A stretch of 64,000 nucleotides of DNA, taken from assembly GCA_963719315.1 (NCBI GenBank), contig CAVRBU010000006.1, positions 128,001 through 192,000 of the forward strand, in the 5' to 3' direction. The notes under the pieces were generated by a model. The model was not told the origin of the DNA and ran no database searches. It was given only the letters and a program-made list of their open reading frames with translations. Made by a program: the position numbers and the translations under genes. This document shows positions 18,569-28,076 of the stretch, piece by piece. Source of the stretch: an uncultured Planctomycetota bacterium. Lineage in GTDB: Bacteria > Planctomycetota > Planctomycetia > Pirellulales > Lacipirellulaceae. How positions within the stretch are numbered: position 1 is the stretch's first letter; each line of letters opens with the position of its first letter.

Positions 18569-19102
18569 CTATTGTTTTGTAGCTGGAGATTCTTCGATGA
18601 CCACGTCGACCGGCGCGGGGGCCGGTGAGGGAACAGAATCCAACATGCGCAGCGCGGCAATGGCCAAACCACTGTCCGGAAATCTCTCCAAGCATTTCTG
18701 GTAGTAACGACGTCCCTCTTCACCCTTTCCGATTTGAGTGTAGCAAAACGCGATATTGGTCAATGCCATTTCTCGGTAGCTGGCGGCTGACGACGATAAG
18801 AGAATAACTGACCGGAAGCGGTCGATCCAAGGATGTCGTTCGAAGAACGCGAGACTTTCCTGGAATTTCGGAATCGCTTCCGCGAATCGTTTTTGCTTGG
18901 TCAACCTGATTCCCGCACGATGCGCGTGGGCAATTATTTCTCGTGATGCCAACGAATACAGGAAACAGGCGATTATTCCCCACAACACACCGTTTCGAGG
19001 GTCGATGAGAAAACCTACGCTCGCGGCAACGGCAATTATTAACAGCGCTGGGATCGCTCGAGTCCACGATATTTGGCGGATGACTGGAGTTTGTGAAGCC
19101 AT
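18569..19102 (-). CDS. Membrane-anchored tetratricopeptide repeat protein
   Basis: Two TM helices, then AEAIPKFQESL and MALTNIAFCYTQIG..YYQKCLERFPD TPR-like helices. Confidence 0.7.
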   Translation of the reverse strand: MASQTPVIRQISWTRAIPALLIIAVAASVGFLIDPRNGVLWGIIACFLYSLASREIIAHAHRAGIRLTKQKRFAEAIPKFQESLAFFERHPWIDRFRSVILLSSSAASYREMALTNIAFCYTQIGKGEEGRRYYQKCLERFPDSGLAIAALRMLDSVPSPAPAPVDVVIEESPATKQ

Positions 19103-19146
19103 TGGCTTGCCATCCGTTGACCTGTTTAAGGTACGATATGGTCGCA

Positions 19147-19593
19147 TCAAGTTTCATTGGTTCGTTGGATCGAACCTGGAGGGCGACGTTTCTTGCGTGC
19201 CAAGCCGTCTAAATGAATGAGGCGGGCTTTCCCGCGTCGATCTCGTTCTCGACGCCGGCAGGCGCGGCACATTTTGGCGGTGGAGTAAACGTAACCTTTG
19301 GCGACTTCATACCACCATTTTTGTTGCCGCGCCGTCCAGACTTCCTCACGCCCGCATTGCTCGCATGTGAAATCCTTATCGACGTAATACCCACGTTCGA
19401 CGTAGCTTGGTTGGCCATAGCTGTTGTACGGCGCGAGATTCGCAACATTAACTGCCACTCCGTCGCGCTCCTTGGCTGAGAGAAGCGCTGCCGTCTCTCT
19501 GGCCTTGCGAGTCAGAAAGTCTGCTTCGGCCTTCGCTTTGCGGGCGTGCCGCTTGGCTTGCAATTCGGTTCGACGTTGTTTTCCGCTTTTCAT
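19147..19593 (-). CDS. Zinc-ribbon domain protein
   Basis: YVDKDFTCEQCGREEVWTARQQKWWYE...CRACR. Confidence 0.8.
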   Translation of the reverse strand: MKSGKQRRTELQAKRHARKAKAEADFLTRKARETAALLSAKERDGVAVNVANLAPYNSYGQPSYVERGYYVDKDFTCEQCGREEVWTARQQKWWYEVAKGYVYSTAKMCRACRRRERDRRGKARLIHLDGLARKKRRPPGSIQRTNET

Positions 19594-19596
19594 GCG

Positions 19597-19872
19597 CTAC
19601 TTCTTTGAAACCTCGGAAACCGGTTCATTGTCAATCGCCCGAGGAATTGATGCGCGAAGCTGTGGTGGCGATATCCGCAAGAAACTTTTCGCGATCGCCG
19701 TCGCCATATCCAGTGAACTGTCCAGTGCGCAGTTACCGAGTCCCTTCATCAATTTGCGCCAGCAAACTGAATCGACCGCGGTGCGCAGAACGTCCTGCTC
19801 GGAAGGGTATGCTGCGCTGACAACGCGAGTATGGACAAATGCTTTGAATTCCGACGGCAGCATCAGGCTCAT
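19597..19872 (-). pseudogene. Degenerate ParD-like (ribbon-helix-helix) antitoxin
   Basis: MSLMLPSEFKAFVHTRVVSAAYPSEQDVLRTAV resembles the ParD N-terminus; similarity is lost afterwards. Confidence 0.5.
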
Positions 19873-19941
19873 CGTGGTTCCTCGCTCGTTCGATTATACC
19901 AAGTTTGCAAAGTGCGGTTAACAACAACGAAAGTAGCCTCA

Positions 19942-20216
19942 TTAAGCGGAAGAGTCGGTTTCGTCGCGATTTCGTAGGGCGTAGCGAATAAGCGATCCGA
20001 GCCCCGCGAAGCGATACGTGGGGTCGATGTAGCGTTCGATCACGTAGAACGCGAAGTAGTACGCTCGGCAGAATGCCCAAATCGCGACGGCCAACAAACA
20101 GGCGAGTTGCAAAGACGGATACAGGAAAAGTGCGGCGCTTGCGGTCGGCCGATGTCCCACGGGGCTTCACCGGCATAGGCGTCTTTGAACGTTTGTGGGG
20201 TGGGGATTTGGGTCAT
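19942..20216 (-). pseudogene. Chimeric out-of-frame fusion: methyltransferase 5' end plus small membrane gene 3' end
   Basis: 20133-20216 copies 18094-18177; 19942-20136 copies 21243-21437; joined at a shared CGGC. Confidence 0.9.
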
Positions 20217-20308
20217 GTTTGCAAGTCTGGATTAGAGTCCGCAGATGGCGCAGATGATCGCAGATGGAAGAATCAAGTTCGGTTTGTGTTAGTCATATAC
20301 TATCGTAC

Positions 20309-21007
20309 CTAACGTCGAAACTCAGCCCCGCAGCCAGTACAGTGTGCGACGGTCGTGAACTTGCCGATCCGGTTGAGCGTTCCACATCCAGGACATGGCA
20401 TGTCACCGTAACCCGGCGGGGAACCTGGAATAATGCCGAAACCGCGAGTCCTTTCGTCCCCAGCATGGAGGCCATCCCACCATCGCTTGCCGTCGGCAAT
20501 GAACGAGTCGAGCCCGATCGGCAACCCGGAGGGCGTATTCACTACCAGATAGTCGAACCAGACCGTCAAGTCTAAGGCCCAATCCCGATCCAGTGGCGAC
20601 ACGGTAATTGAGTGGGATCGACCGTCCGAACCTGATTCCCAATGCAGGCTAGCCCTGCGATCCGAAAGCCGCAGAGACACGTCGTGGATGTCGAAGAATC
20701 TCCAGCCATGAATCGGGGGGTGTCCGAGTCCGAGAACGATCGAGAGCAACTCATCGATAGCAAAGACCACCACTTTCCATGGGGCACCGGGTGAGGAGCG
20801 TCGCCAAAAACGCGCGGCCACGCACCCAACAGGATAGAAGAGCAACTGCACTCGCCGATCGGTCGGAATCGGTCCGTGCTCCGGCAGCGTGAATACGTCG
20901 AAAGTAGCGGCAGCCATCCTTTGAGACGGATCAACTTCGAAGCCAAGTAGCTGGGCTTCATTGAGGGCGATGTCCAGACCAATACGTTGGTCTTCCGTAA
21001 GCGTCAC
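20309..21007 (-). CDS. Hypothetical protein with C-terminal CxxC..CxxC zinc ribbon
   Basis: 232-aa ORF ending CPGCG...CTGCG. Confidence 0.65.
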   Translation of the reverse strand: MTLTEDQRIGLDIALNEAQLLGFEVDPSQRMAAATFDVFTLPEHGPIPTDRRVQLLFYPVGCVAARFWRRSSPGAPWKVVVFAIDELLSIVLGLGHPPIHGWRFFDIHDVSLRLSDRRASLHWESGSDGRSHSITVSPLDRDWALDLTVWFDYLVVNTPSGLPIGLDSFIADGKRWWDGLHAGDERTRGFGIIPGSPPGYGDMPCPGCGTLNRIGKFTTVAHCTGCGAEFRR

Positions 21008-21242
21008 TGGATCATCGCTCCTCTAGCGGTACAGATCACTCGCAGCAGCAATATCGGATGGCACAGCGGCGAGATCGTCCCAAAGGTCTTCGACCAATTG
21101 CAGTTTTTCGGGAGGAGTCAGATCAAAGAGTGAATCGGTATTCATGTTGCAGTTCCTTGTCACGCCTTCCGAGGCTCCGCGACTCAACCCGGATCAGTAT
21201 AACTGTTGCCAAATCGGAACGCCAAACCCCGTTAGCGTCTCG

Positions 21243-21515
21243 TTAAGCGGTCGAGTCGGTGTCGTCGCGATTTCGTAGGGCGTAGCGAATAAGCGATCCG
21301 AGCCCCGCGAAGCGATACGTGGGGTCGATGTAGCGTTCGATCACGTAGAACGCGAAGTAGTACGCTCGGCAGAATGCCCAAATCGCGACGGCCAACAAAC
21401 AGGCGAGTTGCAAAGACGGATACAGGAAAAGTGCGGCCCCGAAGGCGAGCAGGCCGAGGATGAGGAACAAGCCGAACTTCAGCCAGAGCAGACGTGGGTT
21501 GCAGATATCAGTCAT
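21243..21515 (-). CDS. Small membrane protein
   Basis: Two TM helices; WAFCRAYYFAFYVIERYIDP motif. Confidence 0.75.
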   Translation of the reverse strand: MTDICNPRLLWLKFGLFLILGLLAFGAALFLYPSLQLACLLAVAIWAFCRAYYFAFYVIERYIDPTYRFAGLGSLIRYALRNRDDTDSTA

Positions 21516-21594
21516 GTTGCGTAGCAGATAATCGCAGCTCGTTCATAAACTTGTTTACATCGGAACCCAACAAGGTTTTCCCAGCAGCGCCGCG

Positions 21595-21993
21595 TTAAGC
21601 ATCTCGTTCGCGACAAACTTCATTGTAAACGAAAACATCCGTCACGTCCTGCTCGGCTTGCTCGCCGAGGTCGACGCGCAACTGATTGCGGGACGGCCAC
21701 ATTTCGTAAACACGTCCAACTTGGTCTCGGTAGGGCCCGACGAGAACGTGAACCATATCGCCATCGTTAAATGGCGCGCCATTGAACCTGCTGCCGATGG
21801 TGAAAACCATCGGCCACAAAATGAGAGCGCCGAGAATCCAGCCTAGAGGCAAGGCCGGGAGCACTGCAATGACAGTCCAAATGGAAATGTTGCCGATGGA
21901 TATTACCACAACCGCGGTGAGCGCGATGGCCCCGACGCTCGTCGAAACCTTTAAGCCGTGTCCGAAGAAGTATTGAAGTCGCGAGGGCTTCAT
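21595..21993 (-). CDS. Hypothetical membrane protein with KOW-like C-terminus
   Basis: Two TM helices, then PFNDGDMVHVLVGPYRDQVGRV. Confidence 0.65.
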   Translation of the reverse strand: MKPSRLQYFFGHGLKVSTSVGAIALTAVVVISIGNISIWTVIAVLPALPLGWILGALILWPMVFTIGSRFNGAPFNDGDMVHVLVGPYRDQVGRVYEMWPSRNQLRVDLGEQAEQDVTDVFVYNEVCRERDA

Positions 21994-22108
21994 CGGCAGT
22001 TTGTAGTTCGAAGCTCAGTGCGCGATAAGCAACCGAAGTTGGTTGCCAGTAATCAAGCGAACGATGCGATCCAGACTCGCCGCGAATACGGCACGAATGT
22101 GAAGTCCG

Positions 22109-22792
22109 CTACTTGCCTAATTTCTTTGCTTCCCACCAATTCGGAAGTTCGGGGTTGATGCGCTGCCAAAAGACGCCATGGTACGACGGCTGGCGCGCTT
22201 GAACCGTCACCAGTGTGACCGTCGCGATGAGTGCCGCCGCGAACGACGCCGGCCAGCCAGGGTAGTTCGTGAGAATTGTAAGTGCAGCAAGCGCTGCGAA
22301 CAAGGCAGCCCAAACCAGTTCTAGCGGCCGATCCATCCGAACTACATTGCAGAAGAGAAAGAAATGCGCGACGACAAAAGCGATCGCGACACCAAGTGCC
22401 GGAATGACAAATCCAGAGAACGCCGCTGCCACAAAGCCAATGACCAGGATAACGACGTCGACGGCCGATAGCCGAAAGCCCGGCTTGAATTCATTTTCGA
22501 CGAGGTCACTGTCCGTTGCCACGCGTTTCAGATCGACACACACGTAGTAACCCGCGTACAGCAGGAAGCGTTTTCGATCGCTCCATGGCACGAACTGCGC
22601 ATGAAGTTTTCGATAGTTAACTGGAAGCGCGTAAACCGCTGTCGCCGAAGGCGGCGGGTCGGTCGCAATGACGAATTCCTCGCCGGCGGGGAGAGTGTGC
22701 TTGTGCCCGCCCGTGTAGGGCGCACGCCACAACGTCATCACAGTCACCGGGAGGTCAGTTTTTGCTCGATAGCGTTGTCCTTTACGAACCAT
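22109..22792 (-). CDS. Hypothetical protein, apparently a soluble domain fused to a membrane domain
   Basis: MVRKGQRYRAK... soluble half, then EFKPGFRLSAVDVVIL...HFFLFCNVVR multi-TM half. Confidence 0.6.
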   Translation of the reverse strand: MVRKGQRYRAKTDLPVTVMTLWRAPYTGGHKHTLPAGEEFVIATDPPPSATAVYALPVNYRKLHAQFVPWSDRKRFLLYAGYYVCVDLKRVATDSDLVENEFKPGFRLSAVDVVILVIGFVAAAFSGFVIPALGVAIAFVVAHFFLFCNVVRMDRPLELVWAALFAALAALTILTNYPGWPASFAAALIATVTLVTVQARQPSYHGVFWQRINPELPNWWEAKKLGK

Positions 22793-22918
22793 GGGCAAAA
22801 TCGTGTCAAAACGATTTTGGGGCGACACTGACCCTTTTGTTTCTTCTGACAAGTTTGTAAAAGGCCGCGACCATTGTTTAGGTAGGCTGCGAACGCAAAA
22901 AGGCAAAGCGCCACGCCT

Positions 22919-23284
22919 TCACTCGGGCAAACATGGGATTGCGAGATAGACCCACACCGCGGCGGCGCTTACCACGGCGATCATACTCATCATTGACATG
23001 CTCTCAGAAACGCGTGGGCCAGCGAGCGCACGAATGAATAAGGCGATGGGAATTGCAATCGCGACAATGGCCGGTTCGATCACGAAGTTTGAAAAACTCT
23101 TCGGCCTCACGCCGCTAAATCCGATGAAGGCAAACCACAGGGCGAATGGGATCAGAAGAATCAAAAACGTTGAAGCCTGCCAATCAACGCGCTTCCGACT
23201 GAAATACACGGTCGGCGCCGAAGCGACACAAGCAACTGCCGCATGGATCAACCAGGCCACAACAATGAATACGAGTATATACAT
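22919..23284 (-). CDS. Hypothetical 4-TM membrane protein
   Basis: Four hydrophobic segments, KSFSNFVIEP motif. Confidence 0.6.
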   Translation of the reverse strand: MYILVFIVVAWLIHAAVACVASAPTVYFSRKRVDWQASTFLILLIPFALWFAFIGFSGVRPKSFSNFVIEPAIVAIAIPIALFIRALAGPRVSESMSMMSMIAVVSAAAVWVYLAIPCLPE

Positions 23285-23476
23285 GATGGCTCAACGCAGT
23301 CACTTTCACAGGAACGGTTTTTGGCCGGAATACCTAAGCGCCATGCAAAGGCCGAACGTCTTCGCACTTGGGCAATCGCGGCTCTATAGAAACATACCTT
23401 ACACTGATTCCGCCTGAAAAAATAACGCCGACTGAGCGAAAAAAGCCTTGATTTATCGAACCAACAAACGGGCCAG

Positions 23477-24474
23477 AACTGCTCAGTAGAAAACGTCTGA
23501 ATGCTAGCTAAACATCGGTGTGTGTTGGTTCGTATGACGGTGGATGAAGACGAGCAAGAGTCCGAAGCGCGTGTTGGTCGAGGCACTGGCCGTGGCCCAG
23601 GCTTCGCTGCCGCGGTACTCGCATCGGTTCAGCCCACGGGTCTTCACGCAGCATCAACTGTTTGCCTGTCTGGTGCTCAAGGATTTTTACAACCTGACCT
23701 ATCGGGGCACCGTTGGCCTGTTGGCGGACAGCGATTCGCTGTGCGAAGCGATCGGCCTGGAAAAGGTGCCCCACTTCACGACGCTGCAAAAGTCGGCCGA
23801 TCGGTTGTTGGTGAAGAAGTCGTTTCAACGGCTGATCACGGCCACGGTCCAGCGGGCACGGAAGGCCAAGCTGCTCCGCCGCTCCGTGCGATTGGCAGCC
23901 ATCGACACCAGCGGCTTCGAAGCGCGGCACACCAGTCGCTACTATGCCTGGCGTCGAAAAAAGGTGGGAAAACACGGACGAACGTGCGCCGTCTCCTATC
24001 GCCGCTACCCCAAGCTGGGCGTGGTCTGCGACACGACGAGTCATTTCTGCCTGGCGGCCCGGGCTAGCCAGGGACCGCGGCCCGACTTCGGCGATTTCCG
24101 CCCGCTCGTCGTCGAAGCGCAGGCTCGCACCGGAGTGAAGGCGGTCGCGGCGGACGCCGGCTTCGACAGCGAAGCCAACCACGTGTTGGCCCGCGACGAA
24201 CTGGGGATTCAGTCCCTGATCCCCGCCGAGCACGGCCGACCGCCGGCCGGGGAACCCGTGGGCCGCTATCGAAAGCAGATGAAACGTCATTTGCACGAAA
24301 GTCGTTATGGACAACGTTGGCAGGTGGAAACCGTCTACTCGATGATCAAACGTCTCTCGGGAGAAGTCGTCAACGCCCGCACCCACTGGCGCCGCTGCCG
24401 ACTCCTGCTCCTCAAAACACTCACTCACAACATCTCGATTCTCAGACAACACCTAGGTTTTCTACTGAGCAGGT
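23477..24474 (+). mobile_element. Insertion sequence (IS5/IS4-like DDE)
   Basis: Perfect 16-bp inverted repeat CTGCTCAGTAGAAAAC / GTTTTCTACTGAGCAG; CAG on both flanks (23474-23476, 24475-24477). Confidence 0.88.
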
Positions 24475-24488
24475 CAGAACGAATTTAG
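23544..24488 (+). CDS. DDE transposase
   Basis: FTQHQLFACL, VPHFTTL, AIDTSGF, ADAGFDSE, YGQRWQVETVYSMIKR. Confidence 0.92.
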   Translation: MKTSKSPKRVLVEALAVAQASLPRYSHRFSPRVFTQHQLFACLVLKDFYNLTYRGTVGLLADSDSLCEAIGLEKVPHFTTLQKSADRLLVKKSFQRLITATVQRARKAKLLRRSVRLAAIDTSGFEARHTSRYYAWRRKKVGKHGRTCAVSYRRYPKLGVVCDTTSHFCLAARASQGPRPDFGDFRPLVVEAQARTGVKAVAADAGFDSEANHVLARDELGIQSLIPAEHGRPPAGEPVGRYRKQMKRHLHESRYGQRWQVETVYSMIKRLSGEVVNARTHWRRCRLLLLKTLTHNISILRQHLGFLLSRSERI

Positions 24489-25319
24489 ACTATGAGTTCT
24501 GACTGCCTTTGTTTCTCCCGTTGTTTCTGCGGGTGGCGCTGCTCGCGCCGCAATCGAGAGCAGGGCCAGGGCGGGTGGCTCGGGCACAAGATCGTGAAGG
24601 ATCACTTGGCCGTTGTTGAAGATAAGCAAGTTGATCGGCTGCCCGTCGGCGAATTTTCCGTGGAGAGTAGAGGACGTTTGCTGAAAATTCGTGCCGTAGA
24701 CGTGGAGCGTCGAGTCGTTGGCGAGCACGATGTAGCTCGCGTCGCCGCCGTGTAAATATCCAGTGCTGGCCCGGAGCACGATATCGGCCACCGCCGGGAA
24801 GTTCGAGGGGTTAGGCGGCACGTTCGGTTGCGTCAATGTGCCGCCATTGAAGCTGCCGCCGTAGATGGTCACGGTGCTCAGCGTTGCAACTAGTCCGACG
24901 CCGCCGGCAGCGCTGCCGATGGCCGATGTTGAAAAGGCATCGGCGCCATCGAAATTGCCGCCGTAGATTTCGGCGGTGAAATTGCTGATCCGCAATGCAT
25001 GGCCGGCATTCACGGTCGTAAACGTTCCGGAAGGACCGGTAAACGTGGCGTTTCCGCCGCGGTATTGGCCACCATCGATGCCAACGCTTCCCCCACCGAA
25101 AAAGTTCACCGCTTCGCCAACGAGCATTTGCGTAGCAGGAGGCCCATTCAGCGACGGGCTGGTGATCTGAGTGCCGTTGAGGAGGTGGTAATGATCGGTC
25201 GTGAAGACATCGATGACGGGCCGAACTCCCGGGCCAATGGTGACTTCGGCCAGTGCGCGGCCTGGTTGTAGAACGGAAACCGCAAGAATTAGCATCCCCG
25301 ATGCAAGCGATCGCTTCAT
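24474..25319 (-). CDS. PEP-CTERM-type secreted protein; C-terminus disturbed
   Basis: Signal peptide, Gly-rich repeats, VPEPPALALLSIAA; the ORF then runs to a stop at the IS boundary. Confidence 0.7.
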   Translation of the reverse strand: MKRSLASGMLILAVSVLQPGRALAEVTIGPGVRPVIDVFTTDHYHLLNGTQITSPSLNGPPATQMLVGEAVNFFGGGSVGIDGGQYRGGNATFTGPSGTFTTVNAGHALRISNFTAEIYGGNFDGADAFSTSAIGSAAGGVGLVATLSTVTIYGGSFNGGTLTQPNVPPNPSNFPAVADIVLRASTGYLHGGDASYIVLANDSTLHVYGTNFQQTSSTLHGKFADGQPINLLIFNNGQVILHDLVPEPPALALLSIAARAAPPAETTGETKAVRTHSLNSF

Positions 25320-25382
25320 GAGTTCTTTTGCCTCGGAATGAATTTCATTCAGGAGCAACCGAGCTGCGATCGTTCGGCGGCA

Positions 25383-25694
25383 TCAAACGCTGATCTTGCC
25401 GATTCGCACGCGGGTGAAGATGTGCCGTTCGCCGGTTTTGCGGCGGAAGTTTTTGCGGCGGCGGAGTTTTTGGATGACGAGTTTTTCGCCCTTTTCGGGA
25501 CCGAGGACTTCGGCCGCTACGCTCGCGCCCTGGACCAGCGGCGCGCCGAGCTTGGCGTCGCCGGCGCCGCCGACGGCGAGGACCGAGTCGAACGTGAGCT
25601 TTTCGCCGACCGGCACGTCGCGGTAATGGATGACGACTTCCTGGCCTTCTTCGACTTTGTATTGACGGTTGTCGTCGCGGATGATTGCGTACAT
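25383..25694 (-). CDS. rplU: 50S ribosomal protein L21
   Basis: MYAIIRDDNRQYKVEEG...KGEKLVIQKLRRRKNFRRKTG. Confidence 0.97.
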   Translation of the reverse strand: MYAIIRDDNRQYKVEEGQEVVIHYRDVPVGEKLTFDSVLAVGGAGDAKLGAPLVQGASVAAEVLGPEKGEKLVIQKLRRRKNFRRKTGERHIFTRVRIGKISV

Positions 25695-25830
25695 GTTCGT
25701 GCTCAAAAACGGATTGTAAATGACTTAGGAGGATTTACCACAAATAACACGGATGGGCATAGATACGTTTTTCTTCAATCCGTGATAACAGTGTAATCCG
25801 TGGTTGAAATGTATTGCGTTTGAATTGCAC

Positions 25831-26001
25831 TTACTTGTTTTGTTCCAAATAGGCGGCGCCGAGGAAAATGAGACCCAAGCACCAGAGGCCGGAGCCGTTG
25901 GCGGCGACGCCTTGGAAGTACCAGCCGGTGGCGCAGCCGAGCACGCCCAATACGGCCCAGAATTGCGGCGACCACAAGAACTTCTTTAAGCGTTCCGTCA
26001 T
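25831..26001 (-). CDS. Small membrane peptide
   Basis: MTERLKKFLWSPQFWAVLGVLG..., two hydrophobic segments between rne and rplU. Confidence 0.4.
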   Translation of the reverse strand: MTERLKKFLWSPQFWAVLGVLGCATGWYFQGVAANGSGLWCLGLIFLGAAYLEQNK

Positions 26002-26220
26002 GGTTGTGTCTCGATGATGTAGTTCGAGCGATTCGATTTGTGATTGGATGCGATGGATGAACGACGGCAAGCGGCGGCGGATTACTACAGCGACTAAGAT
26101 GCTGAGGACGATCCTCTCCGATGTGCCGATGCCGAATTCGGCAGTGCTCCCGCTGGGGCAGCTACGGCACGCGGAGCGTGCCTGCTACTTTGGGGCGAGC
26201 CCTTTAATTTATGCCATTTT

Positions 26221-27933
26221 TCAGGCTTCTGCAATCCGCACTTCGCGGCCGTTCGCGTCGAGGCAATCGATCTTCAAAAACTCCGGGGAAAGGCCTTCTT
26301 TGCTGATGATCTGGAGCTCGACGTTGTTGTTCGCTTCGAGCTGCACCAGGTCGCGGCGTTTCTTGTTGTTGAGGTAGCTGGCCACTTCTTCCTCGACCGT
26401 GACGACGACGCGGGCGACCTGGCTGGAACTGGTCGCGAGTTGCAGCTTGCGGGCGACTTCGATCGCCATGCTCTCGGCCGACTTCACGAGACCGCTGCCG
26501 GCGCAGGCGGGGCACTCTTTGTACACGCTCCGCTTGATGCTGGGGCGGATCCGCTGGCGAGTCATTTCGATCAGGCCGAAGGGGCTGGTGCGAAGGATTT
26601 TGGTGCGAGCCCGATCGCGGCGAACGGCTTCGTGCAGCGTGCGCTCGACATTGCGGCGGTTGCGTTCCTTGCGCATGTCGATGAAGTCGTTCACCACCAC
26701 GCCGCCGAGGTCGCGGAGGCGGAGTTGGCGGGCAATTTCTTTGGCGGCAATCTGATTGAGCTGATAGGCCGACTCCTCGGCGGAGCCATCGGTGCGGAAG
26801 TTGCCGCTGTTGACGTCGATGGCGACGAGGGCTTCCGTCTGGTCGATCACGAGGGAGCCGCCGTTTTTGAGCGGTACCTTTCGCTGATTGATGAGCGCGA
26901 TTTCCTGGTCGAGATCGTACTTTTGGAATAATGGCTCGCGACCTTCGTAGAGCTTCAGCCGATTCACGTAACGCGGCATGACGATTTGCAGGAATTCTTT
27001 GGCTCGCTCGAACGCTTTGGGCTCGTCGATGTAGATCGTGTCGACGTCGCCGGTGAAGATGTCGCGGATCGTGCGGATGATCATGTCGCTTTCTTCGTAG
27101 ATATCCACGGGGCCGGTGGTTTTCTTGACGCGGCGGACGATGACTTTCCAGAGGCGGAGCAGATAGGCGAGATCGCGCGAGAGTTCCTTCTTGGTGCGAT
27201 CGGTGCCGGCGGTGCGGACGATGAAGCCGACGCCTTTGGGCGGGTTGAGCTCGCGGAGGATGTCGCGGAGTCGGCGGCGGTCTTCGTCGCTTTCGATTTT
27301 GCGGGAGACGCCGATGCGGCCGAGGGCCGGCATGAGGACCAGGTAGCGGCCCGGGATGCTGATGTAGGTGGAGAGCGTCGGGCCTTTGGTGCCGATGCCT
27401 TCTTTGATGACTTGCACAAGAACTTCGTCGCCGCGTTGGAAGATTTCCTGGATGGGCGGTTTGAAACGGGGACGGACACCGGTGCGGAAGCGGGATGTTT
27501 TTTGGCCGGTGGCGGCGCGCCGGCCACCGTGGCCATTGCCATTTTCGGGCCCGTTGCCGCGGCTATTGCCGCGGGAGGGGCCGGGCGATTCGTCGTCGAA
27601 GTCGTCGTCGCCTTCGTGTTGTTCGAAGTCGCGGCCACGAGATTGGCCACCGCCGTTGGGCAGGTTGGCTTGGCGCGGGTCGTAACCGCCCTGGCGAAAG
27701 TATTGGGGCTCGACGTCGCTGATATGCAGGAAGCCGTTGCGACCGACGCCGAAATCGACGAACGCCGCTTGGATGCTGGGTTCCAGGTTGACGATGCGAC
27801 CCTTGTAGATGTTGCCGACGAAGTTTTGTTGGCTCATGCGCTCGAGGTAGAGCTCCTCGAGCACGCCATCCTCAACGATCGCAATGCGGCATTCTTCCGC
27901 CTGTGCGACGTTGATTAGCATTTCTTGTTTCAT
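26221..27933 (-). CDS. rne: Ribonuclease E/G family
   Basis: GNIYKGRIVNLEPSIQAAFVDFG S1 domain; IDQTEALVAIDVNSG; QLRLRDLGGVVVNDFIDM; CPAC. Confidence 0.95.
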   Translation of the reverse strand: MKQEMLINVAQAEECRIAIVEDGVLEELYLERMSQQNFVGNIYKGRIVNLEPSIQAAFVDFGVGRNGFLHISDVEPQYFRQGGYDPRQANLPNGGGQSRGRDFEQHEGDDDFDDESPGPSRGNSRGNGPENGNGHGGRRAATGQKTSRFRTGVRPRFKPPIQEIFQRGDEVLVQVIKEGIGTKGPTLSTYISIPGRYLVLMPALGRIGVSRKIESDEDRRRLRDILRELNPPKGVGFIVRTAGTDRTKKELSRDLAYLLRLWKVIVRRVKKTTGPVDIYEESDMIIRTIRDIFTGDVDTIYIDEPKAFERAKEFLQIVMPRYVNRLKLYEGREPLFQKYDLDQEIALINQRKVPLKNGGSLVIDQTEALVAIDVNSGNFRTDGSAEESAYQLNQIAAKEIARQLRLRDLGGVVVNDFIDMRKERNRRNVERTLHEAVRRDRARTKILRTSPFGLIEMTRQRIRPSIKRSVYKECPACAGSGLVKSAESMAIEVARKLQLATSSSQVARVVVTVEEEVASYLNNKKRRDLVQLEANNNVELQIISKEGLSPEFLKIDCLDANGREVRIAEA

Positions 27934-27987
27934 GTGTACCTGATTGAACGTGGGTGGTGATTTTCAGTTGTAGGAGTAGCCGCACAA

Positions 27988-28070
27988 GGTGTCGGGTGTC
28001 GGGTGTCGGGTGTCGGGTGTCGGGTGTCGGGTGTCGGGTGTCGGGATCTAAACTCTGACACCTGACACCT
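27988..28070. repeat. Inverted heptamer-repeat element (GGTGTCG x8 / CTGACAC x2) between ptsI and rne
   Basis: (ggtgtcg)8 at 27988-28043; ctctgacacctgacacct at 28053-28070. Confidence 0.9.
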
Positions 28071-28076
28071 TCCTCC

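Noticed and set aside
16900..25360. Integron cassette array
   Set aside because: No intI gene, and I could not find recurring RYYYAAC...GTTRRRY attC structures between the genes.
27988..28070. Heptamer and 9-mer tracts as CRISPR arrays
   Set aside because: Units are 7-9 bp in tandem without unique spacers; no cas genes.
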